Shown: positions 30,701-44,189 of the stretch, piece by piece | Layout of the letters: each line of letters begins with the position of its first letter | Position numbering within the stretch: position 1 is the first letter of the stretch | Source of the DNA: Eledone cirrhosa | Lineage: Eukaryota | Reading direction: 5' to 3' | NCBI GenBank assembly: GCA_964016885.1 | Contig: OZ024742.1 | Span: 357,802,001-357,866,000, forward strand | DNA: 64,000 nucleotides | Notes under the pieces: model-generated | The model's database searches: none | Told to the model about the DNA's origin: nothing | The model's input: the letters and a program-made list of their open reading frames with translations, nothing else | Translations under genes and position numbers: made by a program

Positions 30701-33700
30701 TGTGGTAGGTATGGCCCTTTCCTTCAGAACCTTCAAAGGTTCCAGGTATGGCCCCTTCCTTCAGACCTATCTAAGTTGGTAAGTATGGGCCCTTCCTCCA
30801 GACCTATCAAAGGTAGTAGATATGGCCCCATCCGTCAGACCTATCAAATATGGTAGGAATGGACCCTTCCTTCTGACCTATAAAATATGCTAGGTAAGGC
30901 CCCTTCCTACAGACCTATCAAATATGTTAGGTATAGCCCCTTCCTTCAGATCTATCAAATGTAGTAGGTATGGCCTCTTCCTTCAAACCAATCAAAGGTG
31001 GTAGGTATGGCCCCTTCCTTCAGACCTTACAAATGTGGTAGGTATGGTCCCTTCCTTCAGACCTTTCAAATATGGTAGGTATGGCCCCTTACTTCAGACC
31101 TATCAAAGGTGGTAGGTATTACCTCTTCCTTCAGACCTTACAAATGTGGTAGGTATTCTCCCTTCCTTCAGACCTATCAAAGGTGGTAGGTATGGCCCCT
31201 TCCTTCAGACCTATCAAAGGTGGTAGGTAAGGCCCCTTCATTCAGACCTATGAAATGTGGTAGGTATGGCCCCTTCCTTCAGACCTATCAAAGCTGATGG
31301 GTAAGGCCCCTTCATTCAGACCTATCAAAGGTGGTAGGTATGGCCCCATCCTTCAGACCTTTCAAATATGTTAGGTATGGCCCCTTCCTTCTGATCTGTC
31401 AAATGTGGTAGGTATGGCCCCTTCCTTCTGACCTATCAAATGTGGTAGATATGGGCCCTTCCTTCAGACCTATCAAAGGCGGTAGGTACGGCCTCTTCCT
31501 TCAGACCTTTCAAATGTGGTAGGTATTGTCCCTTCCTTCAGACCTATCAAATGTGGTAGGTATCGGCCCTTTATTTAGATCTATCAAAGGTGCTCATTAA
31601 GGCCCCATCCTTCAGACCATTCAAAGGTGGTAGGTATGGCTCCTTCCTTCAGACCTATCAAATGTAGTAGGTAAGGCCCCTTCCTTCAGACCTATGAAAG
31701 GTGGTAGGTGTGGCCCCTATATTCAGACCTATCAAATGTAGTAGGTATGGCCCCTTCCTTGACACCTATCAAAGTTGGTAGGTATGACCTCTTCCTTCAG
31801 ACCTATCAAAGGTGGTAGGTATGGCCCCTTCCTTCAGACCTATCAAAGGTGGTAGGTATGGTCCCTTCCTTCAGACCTATCAAAGGTGGTAGGTATGGTC
31901 CCTTCCTTCAGACCTATCAAAGGTGGTAGGTATGGCCCCTTCCTTCAGACCTATCAAAGGTAGTAGGTATGGTCCCTTCCTTCAGACCTATCAAAGGTGG
32001 TAGCTATGGTCCCTTCCTTCAGACCTATCAAAGGTGGTAGGTATGGTCCCTTCCTTCAGACCTATCAAAGGTGGTAGGTATGGCCCCTTCCTTCAGACCT
32101 ATCAAAGGTGGTAGGTATGGCCCCTTCCTTCAGACCTATCAAAGGTAGTAGGTATGGTCCCTTCCTTCAGACCTATCAAAGGTGGTAGGTATGGTCCCTT
32201 CCTTCAGACCTATCAAAGGTGGTAGGTATGGCCCCTTCCTTCAGACCTATCAAAGGTGGTAGGTATGGCCCCTTCCTTCAGACCTATCAAAGGTAGTAGG
32301 TATGGTCCCTTCCTTCAGACCTATCAAAGGTGGTAGCTATGGTCCCTTCCTTCAGACCTATCAAAGGTGGTAGGTATGGTCCCTTCCTTCAGACCTATCA
32401 AAGGTGGTAGGTATGGCCCCTTCCTTCAGACCTATCAAAGGTGGTAGGTATGGCCCCTTCCTTCAGACCTATCAAAGGTGGTAGGTAAGGCCCCTTCCTT
32501 CAGACCTATCAATGGTGGTAGGTATGGCCCCTTCCTTCAGACCTATCAAAGGTGGTAGGTAAGGCCCCTTCCTTCAGACCTATGAAAGGTGGTAGGTGTG
32601 GCCCCTATATTCAGACCTATCAAATGTAGTAGGTATGGCCCCTTCCTTGACACCTATCAAAGGTGGTAGGTATGGCCCCTTCCTTCAGACCTATCAAAGG
32701 TGGTAGGTAAGGCTCCTTCCTTCAGACCTATCAAATGTGTTAATTAAGGCCCCTTCCTTCAGACCTATCAAATATGGTAGGTATGGCCCCTTCCTTCAGA
32801 CCTATCAAATGTTGTAGGTATGGCCCCTTACTTCAGACCTACCAAATATGGTAGGTATGGCCCCTTCCTGCAGACCTATCAAAGGTGGTAGCTATGGCCC
32901 CATTTTTCAGACCTATCAAATATGGTAAGTAAGGCCCCATCCTTCAGACCTATGAAAGGTGGTAGGTATGGCCCCTTCCTTCAGACCTTTCAAAGGTGGT
33001 AGGTATGGCCCCTTCCTTCAGACCTATCAAAGGTGGTAGGTATGGCCCCTTCCTTCAGACCTATCAAAGGTGGTAGGTAAGGCCCCTTCCTTCAGACCTA
33101 TCAAAGGTGGTAGGTATGGCCCCTTCCTTCAGACCTATCAAAGGTGGTAGGTAAGGCCCCTTCCTTCAGACCTATCACAGGTGGTAGGTAAGGCCCCTTC
33201 CTTCAGACCTATCACAGGGGGTAGGTATGGCCCCTTCCTTCAGACCTATCAAAGGTGGTAGGTAAGGCCCCTTCCTTCAGACCTTTCAAAGGTGGTAGGT
33301 ATGGCCCCTTCCTTCAGACCTTTCAAAGGTGGTAGGTATGGCCCCTTCCTTCAGACCTTTCAAAGGTGGTAGGTATGGCCCCTTCCTTCAGACCTATCAA
33401 AGGTGGTAGGTAAGGCCCCTTCCTTCAGACCTATCACAGGTGGTAGGTAAGGCCCCTTCCTTCAGACCTATCAAAGGTGGTAGGTATGGTCCCTTCCTTC
33501 AGACCTATCAAAGGTGGTAGGTAAGGCCCCTTCCTTCAGACCTATCACAGGTGGTAGGTATGGCCCCTTCCTTCAGACCTATCACAGGTGGTAGGTAAGG
33601 CCCCTTCCTTCAGACCTATCACAGGTGGTAGGTAAGGCCCCTTCCTTCAGACCTATCACAGGTGGTAGGTAAGGCCCCTTCCTTCAGACCTATCAAAGGT

Positions 33701-36700
33701 GGTAGGTATGGTCCCTTCCTTCAGACCTATCACAGGTGGTAGGTAAGGCCCCTTCCTTCAGACCTATCAAAGGTGGTAGGTAAGGCCCCTTCCTTCAGAC
33801 CTATCACAGGTGGTAGGTATGGCCCCTTCCTTCAGACCTATCACAGGTGGTAGGTAAGGCCCCTTCCTTCAGACCTATCACAGTTGGTAGGTAAGGCCCC
33901 TTCCTTCAGACCTATCAAAGGTGGTAGGTAAGGCCCCTTCCTTCAGACCTATCACAGGTGGTAGGTATGGCCCCTTCCTTCAGACCTATCAAAGGTGGTA
34001 GGTATGGCCCCTTCCTTCAGACCTATCAAAGGTGGTAGGTATGGCCCCTTCCTTCAGACCTTTCAAAGGTGGTAGGTATGGCCCCTTCCTTCAGACCTAT
34101 CAAAGGTGGTAGGTAAGGCCCCTTCCTTCAGACCTATCACAGGTGGTAGGTAAGGCCCCTTCCTTCAGACCTATCAAAGGTGGTAGGTATGGTCCCTTCC
34201 TTCAGACCTATCAAAGGTGGTAGGTATGGTCCCTTCCTTCAGACCTATCAAAGGTGGTAGGTAAGGCCCCTTCCTTCAGACCTATCAAAGGTGGTAGGTA
34301 TGGTCCCTTCCTTCAGACCTATCAAAGGTGGTAGGTATGGTCCCTTCCTTCAGACCTATCAAAGGTGGTAGGTATGGTCCCTTCCTTCAGACCTATCAAA
34401 GGTGGTAGGTATGGCCCCTCCCTTCAGACTTATCAAAGGTGGTAGCTATGGTCCCTTCCTTCAGACCTATCACAGGTGGTAGGTATGGCCCCTTCCTTCA
34501 GACCTATCACAGGTGGTAGGTAAGACCCCTTCCTTCAGACCTATCACAGGTGGTAGGTAAGGCCCCTTCCTTCAGACCTATCACAGGTGGTAGGTAAGGC
34601 CCCTTCCTTCAGACCTATCAAAGGTGGTAGGTATGGTCCCTTCCTTCAGACCTATCACAGGTGGTAGGTATCGGCCCTTTATTTAGATCTATCAAAGGTG
34701 CTCATTAAGGCCCCATCCTTCAGACCATTCAAAGGTGGTAGGTATGGCTCCTTCCTTCAGACCTATCAAATGTAGTAGGTAAGGCCCCTTCCTTCAGACC
34801 TATGAAAGGTGGTAGGTGTGGCCCCTATATTCAGACCTATCAAATGTAGTAGGTATGGCCCCTTCCTTGACACCTATCAAAGTTGGTAGGTATGACCTCT
34901 TCCTTCAGACCTATCAAAGGTGGTAGGTATGGCCCCTTCCTTCAGACCTATCAAAGGTGGTAGGTATGGTCCCTTCCTTCAGACCTATCAAAGGTGGTAG
35001 GTATGGTCCCTTCCTTCAGACCTATCAAAGGTGGTAGGTATGGCCCCTTCCTTCAGACCTATCAAAGGTAGTAGGTATGGTCCCTTCCTTCAGACCTATC
35101 AAATATGGTAGGAATGGACCCTTCCTTCTGACCTATAAAATATGCTAGGTAAGGCCCCTTCCTTCAGACCTATCAAATATGTTAGGTATAGCCCCTTCCT
35201 TCAGATCTATCAAATGTAGTAGGTATGGCCTCTTCCTTCAAACCAATCAAAGGTGGTAGGTATGGCCCCTTCCTTCAGACCTTACAAATGTGGTAGGTAT
35301 GGTCCCTTCCTTCAGACCTTTCAAATATGGTAGGTATGGCCCCTTACTTCAGACCTATCAAAGGTGGTAGGTATTACCTCTTCCTTCAGACCTTACAAAT
35401 GTGGTAGGTATTCTCCCTTCCTTCAGACCTATCAAAGGTGGTAGGTATGGCCCCTTCCTTCAGACCTATCAAAGGTGGTAGGTAAGGCCCCTTCATTCAG
35501 ACCTATGAAATGTGGTAGGTATGGCCCCTTCCTTCAGACCTATCAAAGCTGATGGGTAAGGCCCCTTCATTCAGACCTATCAAAGGTGGTAGGTATGGCC
35601 CCATCCTTCAGACCTTTCAAATATGTTAGGTATGGCCCCTTCCTTCTGATCTGTCAAATGTGGTAGGTATGGCCCCTTCCTTCTGACCTATCAAATGTGG
35701 TAGATATGGGCCCTTCCTTCAGACCTATCAAAGGCGGTAGGTACGGCCTCTTCCTTCAGACCTTTCAAATGTGGTAGGTATTGTCCCTTCCTTCAGACCT
35801 ATCAAATGTGGTAGGTATCGGCCCTTTATTTAGATCTATCAAAGGTGCTCATTAAGGCCCCATCCTTCAGACCATTCAAAGGTGGTAGGTATGGCTCCTT
35901 CCTTCAGACCTATCAAATGTAGTAGGTAAGGCCCCTTCCTTCAGACCTATGAAAGGTGGTAGGTGTGGCCCCTATATTCAGACCTATCAAATGTAGTAGG
36001 TATGGCCCCTTCCTTGACACCTATCAAAGTTGGTAGGTATGACCTCTTCCTTCAGACCTATCAAAGGTGGTAGGTATGGCCCCTTCCTTCAGACCTATCA
36101 AAGGTGGTAGGTATGGTCCCTTCCTTCAGACCTATCAAAGGTGGTAGGTATGGTCCCTTCCTTCAGACCTATCAAAGGTGGTAGGTATGGCCCCTTCCTT
36201 CAGACCTATCAAAGGTAGTAGGTATGGTCCCTTCCTTCAGACCTATCAAAGGTGGTAGCTATGGTCCCTTCCTTCAGACCTATCAAAGGTGGTAGGTATG
36301 GTCCCTTCCTTCAGACCTATCAAAGGTGGTAGGTATGGCCCCTTCCTTCAGACCTATCAAAGGTGGTAGGTATGGCCCCTTCCTTCAGACCTATCAAAGG
36401 TAGTAGGTATGGTCCCTTCCTTCAGACCTATCAAAGGTGGTAGGTATGGTCCCTTCCTTCAGACCTATCAAAGGTGGTAGGTATGGCCCCTTCCTTCAGA
36501 CCTATCAAAGGTGGTAGGTATGGCCCCTTCCTTCAGACCTATCAAAGGTAGTAGGTATGGTCCCTTCCTTCAGACCTATCAAAGGTGGTAGCTATGGTCC
36601 CTTCCTTCAGACCTATCAAAGGTGGTAGGTATGGTCCCTTCCTTCAGACCTATCAAAGGTGGTAGGTATGGCCCCTTCCTTCAGACCTATCAAAGGTGGT

Positions 36701-39700
36701 AGGTATGGCCCCTTCCTTCAGACCTATCAAAGGTGGTAGGTAAGGCCCCTTCCTTCAGACCTATCAATGGTGGTAGGTATGGCCCCTTCCTTCAGACCTA
36801 TCAAAGGTGGTAGGTAAGGCCCCTTCCTTCAGACCTATGAAAGGTGGTAGGTGTGGCCCCTATATTCAGACCTATCAAATGTAGTAGGTATGGCCCCTTC
36901 CTTGACACCTATCAAAGGTGGTAGGTATGGCCCCTTCCTTCAGACCTATCAAAGGTGGTAGGTAAGGCTCCTTCCTTCAGACCTATCAAATGTGTTAATT
37001 AAGGCCCCTTCCTTCAGACCTATCAAATATGGTAGGTATGGCCCCTTCCTTCAGACCTATCAAATGTTGTAGGTATGGCCCCTTACTTCAGACCTACCAA
37101 ATATGGTAGGTATGGCCCCTTCCTGCAGACCTATCAAAGGTGGTAGCTATGGCCCCATTTTTCAGACCTATCAAATATGGTAAGTAAGGCCCCATCCTTC
37201 AGACCTATGAAAGGTGGTAGGTATGGCCCCTTCCTTCAGACCTTTCAAAGGTGGTAGGTATGGCCCCTTCCTTCAGACCTATCAAAGGTGGTAGGTATGG
37301 CCCCTTCCTTCAGACCTATCAAAGGTGGTAGGTAAGGCCCCTTCCTTCAGACCTATCAAAGGTGGTAGGTATGGCCCCTTCCTTCAGACCTATCAAAGGT
37401 GGTAGGTAAGGCCCCTTCCTTCAGACCTATCACAGGTGGTAGGTAAGGCCCCTTCCTTCAGACCTATCACAGGGGGTAGGTATGGCCCCTTCCTTCAGAC
37501 CTATCAAAGGTGGTAGGTAAGGCCCCTTCCTTCAGACCTTTCAAAGGTGGTAGGTATGGCCCCTTCCTTCAGACCTTTCAAAGGTGGTAGGTATGGCCCC
37601 TTCCTTCAGACCTTTCAAAGGTGGTAGGTATGGCCCCTTCCTTCAGACCTATCAAAGGTGGTAGGTAAGGCCCCTTCCTTCAGACCTATCACAGGTGGTA
37701 GGTAAGGCCCCTTCCTTCAGACCTATCAAAGGTGGTAGGTATGGTCCCTTCCTTCAGACCTATCAAAGGTGGTAGGTAAGGCCCCTTCCTTCAGACCTAT
37801 CACAGGTGGTAGGTATGGCCCCTTCCTTCAGACCTATCACAGGTGGTAGGTAAGGCCCCTTCCTTCAGACCTATCACAGGTGGTAGGTAAGGCCCCTTCC
37901 TTCAGACCTATCACAGGTGGTAGGTAAGGCCCCTTCCTTCAGACCTATCAAAGGTGGTAGGTATGGTCCCTTCCTTCAGACCTATCACAGGTGGTAGGTA
38001 AGGCCCCTTCCTTCAGACCTATCAAAGGTGGTAGGTAAGGCCCCTTCCTTCAGACCTATCACAGGTGGTAGGTATGGCCCCTTCCTTCAGACCTATCACA
38101 GGTGGTAGGTAAGGCCCCTTCCTTCAGACCTATCACAGTTGGTAGGTAAGGCCCCTTCCTTCAGACCTATCAAAGGTGGTAGGTAAGGCCCCTTCCTTCA
38201 GACCTATCACAGGTGGTAGGTATGGCCCCTTCCTTCAGACCTATCAAAGGTGGTAGGTATGGCCCCTTCCTTCAGACCTATCAAAGGTGGTAGGTAAGGC
38301 CCCTTCCTTCAGACCTATCAAAGGTGGTAGGTAAGGCCCCTTCCTTCAGACCTATCAAAGGTGGTAGGTATGGCCCCTTCCTTCAGACCTATCAAAGGTG
38401 GTAGGTATGGCCCCTTCCTTCAGACCTTTCAAAGGTGGTAGGTATGGCCCCTTCCTTCAGACCTATCAAAGGTGGTAGGTAAGGCCCCTTCCTTCAGACC
38501 TATCACAGGTGGTAGGTAAGGCCCCTTCCTTCAGACCTATCAAAGGTGGTAGGTATGGTCCCTTCCTTCAGACCTATCAAAGGTGGTAGGTATGGTCCCT
38601 TCCTTCAGACCTATCAAAGGTGGTAGGTAAGGCCCCTTCCTTCAGACCTATCAAAGGTGGTAGGTATGGTCCCTTCCTTCAGACCTATCAAAGGTGGTAG
38701 GTATGGTCCCTTCCTTCAGACCTATCAAAGGTGGTAGGTATGGTCCCTTCCTTCAGACCTATCAAAGGTGGTAGGTATGGCCCCTCCCTTCAGACTTATC
38801 AAAGGTGGTAGCTATGGTCCCTTCCTTCAGACCTATCACAGGTGGTAGGTATGGCCCCTTCCTTCAGACCTATCACAGGTGGTAGGTAAGACCCCTTCCT
38901 TCAGACCTATCACAGGTGGTAGGTAAGGCCCCTTCCTTCAGACCTATCACAGGTGGTAGGTAAGGCCCCTTCCTTCAGACCTATCAAAGGTGGTAGGTAT
39001 GGTCCCTTCCTTCAGACCTATCACAGGTGGTAGGTATCGGCCCTTTATTTAGATCTATCAAAGGTGCTCATTAAGGCCCCATCCTTCAGACCATTCAAAG
39101 GTGGTAGGTATGGCTCCTTCCTTCAGACCTATCAAATGTAGTAGGTAAGGCCCCTTCCTTCAGACCTATGAAAGGTGGTAGGTGTGGCCCCTATATTCAG
39201 ACCTATCAAATGTAGTAGGTATGGCCCCTTCCTTGACACCTATCAAAGTTGGTAGGTATGACCTCTTCCTTCAGACCTATCAAAGGTGGTAGGTATGGCC
39301 CCTTCCTTCAGACCTATCAAAGGTGGTAGGTATGGTCCCTTCCTTCAGACCTATCAAAGGTGGTAGGTATGGTCCCTTCCTTCAGACCTATCAAAGGTGG
39401 TAGGTATGGCCCCTTCCTTCAGACCTATCAAAGGTAGTAGGTATGGTCCCTTCCTTCAGACCTATCAAAGGTGGTAGCTATGGTCCCTTCCTTCAGACCT
39501 ATCAAAGGTGGTAGGTATGGTCCCTTCCTTCAGACCTATCAAAGGTGGTAGGTATGGCCCCTTCCTTCAGACCTATCAAAGGTGGTAGGTATGGCCCCTT
39601 CCTTCAGACCTATCAAAGGTAGTAGGTATGGTCCCTTCCTTCAGACCTATCAAAGGTGGTAGGTATGGTCCCTTCCTTCAGACCTATCAAAGGTGGTAGG

Positions 39701-42130
39701 TATGGCCCCTTCCTTCAGACCTATCAAAGGTGGTAGGTATGGCCCCTTCCTTCAGACCTATCAAAGGTAGTAGGTATGGTCCCTTCCTTCAGACCTATCA
39801 AAGGTGGTAGCTATGGTCCCTTCCTTCAGACCTATCAAAGGTGGTAGGTATGGTCCCTTCCTTCAGACCTATCAAAGGTGGTAGGTATGGCCCCTTCCTT
39901 CAGACCTATCAAAGGTGGTAGGTATGGCCCCTTCCTTCAGACCTATCAAAGGTGGTAGGTAAGGCCCCTTCCTTCAGACCTATCAATGGTGGTAGGTATG
40001 GCCCCTTCCTTCAGACCTATCAAAGGTGGTAGGTAAGGCCCCTTCCTTCAGACCTATGAAAGGTGGTAGGTGTGGCCCCTATATTCAGACCTATCAAATG
40101 TAGTAGGTATGGCCCCTTCCTTGACACCTATCAAAGGTGGTAGGTATGGCCCCTTCCTTCAGACCTATCAAAGGTGGTAGGTAAGGCTCCTTCCTTCAGA
40201 CCTATCAAATGTGTTAATTAAGGCCCCTTCCTTCAGACCTATCAAATATGGTAGGTATGGCCCCTTCCTTCAGACCTATCAAATGTTGTAGGTATGGCCC
40301 CTTACTTCAGACCTACCAAATATGGTAGGTATGGCCCCTTCCTGCAGACCTATCAAAGGTGGTAGCTATGGCCCCATTTTTCAGACCTATCAAATATGGT
40401 AAGTAAGGCCCCATCCTTCAGACCTATGAAAGGTGGTAGGTATGGCCCCTTCCTTCAGACCTTTCAAAGGTGGTAGGTATGGCCCCTTCCTTCAGACCTA
40501 TCAAAGGTGGTAGGTATGGCCCCTTCCTTCAGACCTATCAAAGGTGGTAGGTAAGGCCCCTTCCTTCAGACCTATCAAAGGTGGTAGGTATGGCCCCTTC
40601 CTTCAGACCTATCAAAGGTGGTAGGTAAGGCCCCTTCCTTCAGACCTATCACAGGTGGTAGGTAAGGCCCCTTCCTTCAGACCTATCACAGGGGGTAGGT
40701 ATGGCCCCTTCCTTCAGACCTATCAAAGGTGGTAGGTAAGGCCCCTTCCTTCAGACCTTTCAAAGGTGGTAGGTATGGCCCCTTCCTTCAGACCTTTCAA
40801 AGGTGGTAGGTATGGCCCCTTCCTTCAGACCTTTCAAAGGTGGTAGGTATGGCCCCTTCCTTCAGACCTATCAAAGGTGGTAGGTAAGGCCCCTTCCTTC
40901 AGACCTATCACAGGTGGTAGGTAAGGCCCCTTCCTTCAGACCTATCAAAGGTGGTAGGTATGGTCCCTTCCTTCAGACCTATCAAAGGTGGTAGGTAAGG
41001 CCCCTTCCTTCAGACCTATCACAGGTGGTAGGTATGGCCCCTTCCTTCAGACCTATCACAGGTGGTAGGTAAGGCCCCTTCCTTCAGACCTATCACAGGT
41101 GGTAGGTAAGGCCCCTTCCTTCAGACCTATCACAGGTGGTAGGTAAGGCCCCTTCCTTCAGACCTATCAAAGGTGGTAGGTATGGTCCCTTCCTTCAGAC
41201 CTATCACAGGTGGTAGGTAAGGCCCCTTCCTTCAGACCTATCAAAGGTGGTAGGTAAGGCCCCTTCCTTCAGACCTATCACAGGTGGTAGGTATGGCCCC
41301 TTCCTTCAGACCTATCACAGGTGGTAGGTAAGGCCCCTTCCTTCAGACCTATCACAGTTGGTAGGTAAGGCCCCTTCCTTCAGACCTATCAAAGGTGGTA
41401 GGTAAGGCCCCTTCCTTCAGACCTATCACAGGTGGTAGGTATGGCCCCTTCCTTCAGACCTATCAAAGGTGGTAGGTATGGCCCCTTCCTTCAGACCTAT
41501 CAAAGGTGGTAGGTATGGCCCCTTCCTTCAGACCTTTCAAAGGTGGTAGGTATGGCCCCTTCCTTCAGACCTATCAAAGGTGGTAGGTAAGGCCCCTTCC
41601 TTCAGACCTATCACAGGTGGTAGGTAAGGCCCCTTCCTTCAGACCTATCAAAGGTGGTAGGTATGGTCCCTTCCTTCAGACCTATCAAAGGTGGTAGGTA
41701 TGGTCCCTTCCTTCAGACCTATCAAAGGTGGTAGGTAAGGCCCCTTCCTTCAGACCTATCAAAGGTGGTAGGTATGGTCCCTTCCTTCAGACCTATCAAA
41801 GGTGGTAGGTATGGTCCCTTCCTTCAGACCTATCAAAGGTGGTAGGTATGGTCCCTTCCTTCAGACCTATCAAAGGTGGTAGGTATGGCCCCTCCCTTCA
41901 GACTTATCAAAGGTGGTAGCTATGGTCCCTTCCTTCAGACCTATCACAGGTGGTAGGTATGGCCCCTTCCTTCAGACCTATCACAGGTGGTAGGTAAGAC
42001 CCCTTCCTTCAGACCTATCACAGGTGGTAGGTAAGGCCCCTTCCTTCAGACCTATCACAGGTGGTAGGTAAGGCCCCTTCCTTCAGACCTATCAAAGGTG
42101 GTAGGTATGGTCCCTTCCTTCAGACCTATC
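27760..42130. repeat. Higher-order repeat block with ~2.9-3.2-kb units of variable monomer count
   Basis: Marker TCATTA at 28671, 31594, 34702, 35849 and 39068 (spacings 79, 84, 31, 87 x 37 bp). Marker TAATTAAGGC at 29781, 32741, 36996 and 40215 (80, 115, 87 x 37 bp). Boundaries are approximate. Confidence 0.88.
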
Positions 42131-43344
42131 ACAGGTGGTAGGTAAGGCCCCTTCCTTCAGACCTATCAAAGGTGGTAGGTAAGGCCCCTTCCTTCAGACC
42201 TATCACAGGTGGTAGGTATGGCCCCTTCCTTCAGACCTATCACAGGTGGTAGGTAAGGCCCCTTCCTTCAGACCTATCAAAGGTGGTAGGTAAGGCCCCT
42301 TCCTTCAGACCTATCAAAGGTGGTAGGTAAGGCCCCTTCCTTCAGACCTATCACAGGTGGTAGGTATGGCCCCTTCCTTCAGACCTATCACAGGTGGTAG
42401 GTAAGGCCCCTTCCTTCAGACCTATCACAGGTGGTAGGTAAGGCCCCTTCCTTCAGACCTATCAAAGGTGGTAGGTATGGTCCCTTCCTTCAGACCTATC
42501 AAAGGTGGTAGGTAAGGCCCCTTCCTTCAGACCTATCACAGGTGGTAGGTATGGCCCCTTCCTTCAGACCTATCACAGGTGGTAGGTAAGGCCCCTTCCT
42601 TCAGACCTATCACAGGTGGTAGGTAAGGCCCCTTCCTTCAGACCTATCAAAGGTGGTAGGTATGGCCCCTTCCTTCAGACCTATCAAAGGTGGTAGGTAA
42701 GGCCCCTTCCTTCAGACCTATCAAAGGTGGTAGGTAAGGCCCCTTCCTTCAGACCTATCAAAGGTGGTAGGTATGGCCCCTTCCTTCAGACCTATCAAAG
42801 GTGGTAGGTATGGCCCCTTCCTTCAGACCTTTCAATGGTGGTAGGTATGGCCCCTTCCTTCAGACCTATCAAAGGTGGTAGGTAAGGCCCCTTCCTTCAG
42901 ACCTATCACAGGTGGTAGGTAAGGCCCCTTCCTTCAGACCTATCAAAGGTGGTAGGTATGGTCCCTTCCTTCAGACCTATCAAATGTGGTAGGTATGGCC
43001 CCGTCCTTCAGACCTATCAAAGGTGGTAGGTATGGCCCCTTACTTCAGACCTACCAAATATGGTAGGTATGGCCCCTTCCTTCAGACCTATCAAAGGTGG
43101 TAGGTATGGCCCCTTCCTTCAGACCTATCAAAGGTGGTAGGTAAGGCCCCTTCCTTCAGACCTATCAACATTTTAAAACATGAAAAGGAAATTGCTAATT
43201 TAAAGAAAATTGAAAAATAATACATCGAATGTATTCTATATATTTGATGTATTATTTTTCAATTCTGTTTTGTGTGTGTATGTGTCTATATACATATACA
43301 TGTGTACGTGTGTATAGATACATATGTGTATATATATAGATATA

Positions 43345-43643
43345 TCATCATCATCATCATTTTACGTCCACTTTTCCCTGCTTGCAAGGTTGGGACGGGA
43401 ACTGATTCTGGCTTGATTTCTACAGTTGGATGCCCTTCCTAACACCAACCTTATTTACAGTTAGTGCTGGGTGCTTTTTTTTGCTGTGGCACCTCTATGA
43501 CCACTTTGCAGTGGAATAATATGGACCCTAGTCCCTATCATCTCATTTCTACAGGTGAGTAAACTGGAGCAATGTGAAATAAAGTGTCTTGTTCAAGGAA
43601 ACAACACATCACCCGCTCTGAGAATTGAACTCACGTTTCGATA
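43345..43643 (-). mobile_element. SINE copy (tRNA-type head remnant, (ATG)n tail), 5'-truncated
   Basis: The minus strand reads a B-box-like GAGTTCAATTC, then a core TTTCCTTGAACAAGACACTTTATTTCACATTGCTCCAG, and ends ...GGACGTAAAATGATGATGATG. A highly similar second copy lies at 59869-60141. Confidence 0.75.
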
Positions 43644-43680
43644 TACATACATATATATATATATACATAAATATATATAC

Positions 43681-43745
<65 letters not shown>

Positions 43746-43791
43746 TGTACGTATATCGAAAGGTGAGTTCAATTCTCAGAGTGGGTGATGT
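43606..43791. repeat. Inverted repeat (~44-bp arms) around a (TA)n tract
   Basis: 43607-43650 CATCACCCGCTCTGAGAATTGAACTCACGTTTCGATATAC is the reverse complement of 43747-43790, with about 3 mismatches. Confidence 0.9.
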
Positions 43792-43803
43792 ATGTATATA
43801 TAT

Positions 43804-43875
<72 letters not shown>

Positions 43876-44189
43876 TGGCTGCCAACTCGTTTTCGAGTAC
43901 GGCCAGTACTTTATATCTATGTAGGAGAAACCCTACCAATGCGCTGAACGAGTGTGACTTTTTAGTCCAGCCAGCGACATGAAAATTCTGGTACAGACAC
44001 TACACTTGTGTCAATTATTCACACATAGTCCTGGGCCCATGGTACCATGTGACAAGTGCAGAGAGATCTTCAGATACAAATCAATGCCTGTGCCGTGAAG
44101 CTTTTATAGTGAGCAAAGGCACTGCACAAAGCCAGTCCCACTCTCTTAACCAAGATGATATTTACCAAAAAGAAGAACAAGTCAACATC

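Larger units (their letters stand above)
1..43168. repeat. 37-bp tandem satellite DNA array (~1,165 monomers, runs off the left window edge)
   Basis: Uninterrupted head-to-tail copies of GGTAGGTATGGCCCCTTCCTTCAGACCTATCAAAGGT with point variants and rare 1-bp indels. It ends abruptly at ...CCTATCAA|CATTTTAAAAC (43168). There are no spacers. Confidence 0.99.

Noticed and set aside
106-30856. Dozens of 60-126-aa MAPSFRPIK-type ORFs
   Set aside because: These are translations of the 37-bp monomer cycling through three frames. They stay open only where the TAG in GGTAGG has mutated.
1-43168. CRISPR array (37-bp repeat with an internal hairpin)
   Set aside because: Repeats abut directly with no unique spacers, there are no cas genes, and the context is eukaryotic.
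1-43168. Telomeric or G-quadruplex repeat
   Set aside because: There is no TTAGGG-type unit, and each monomer has only one run of three or more G, on the minus strand.
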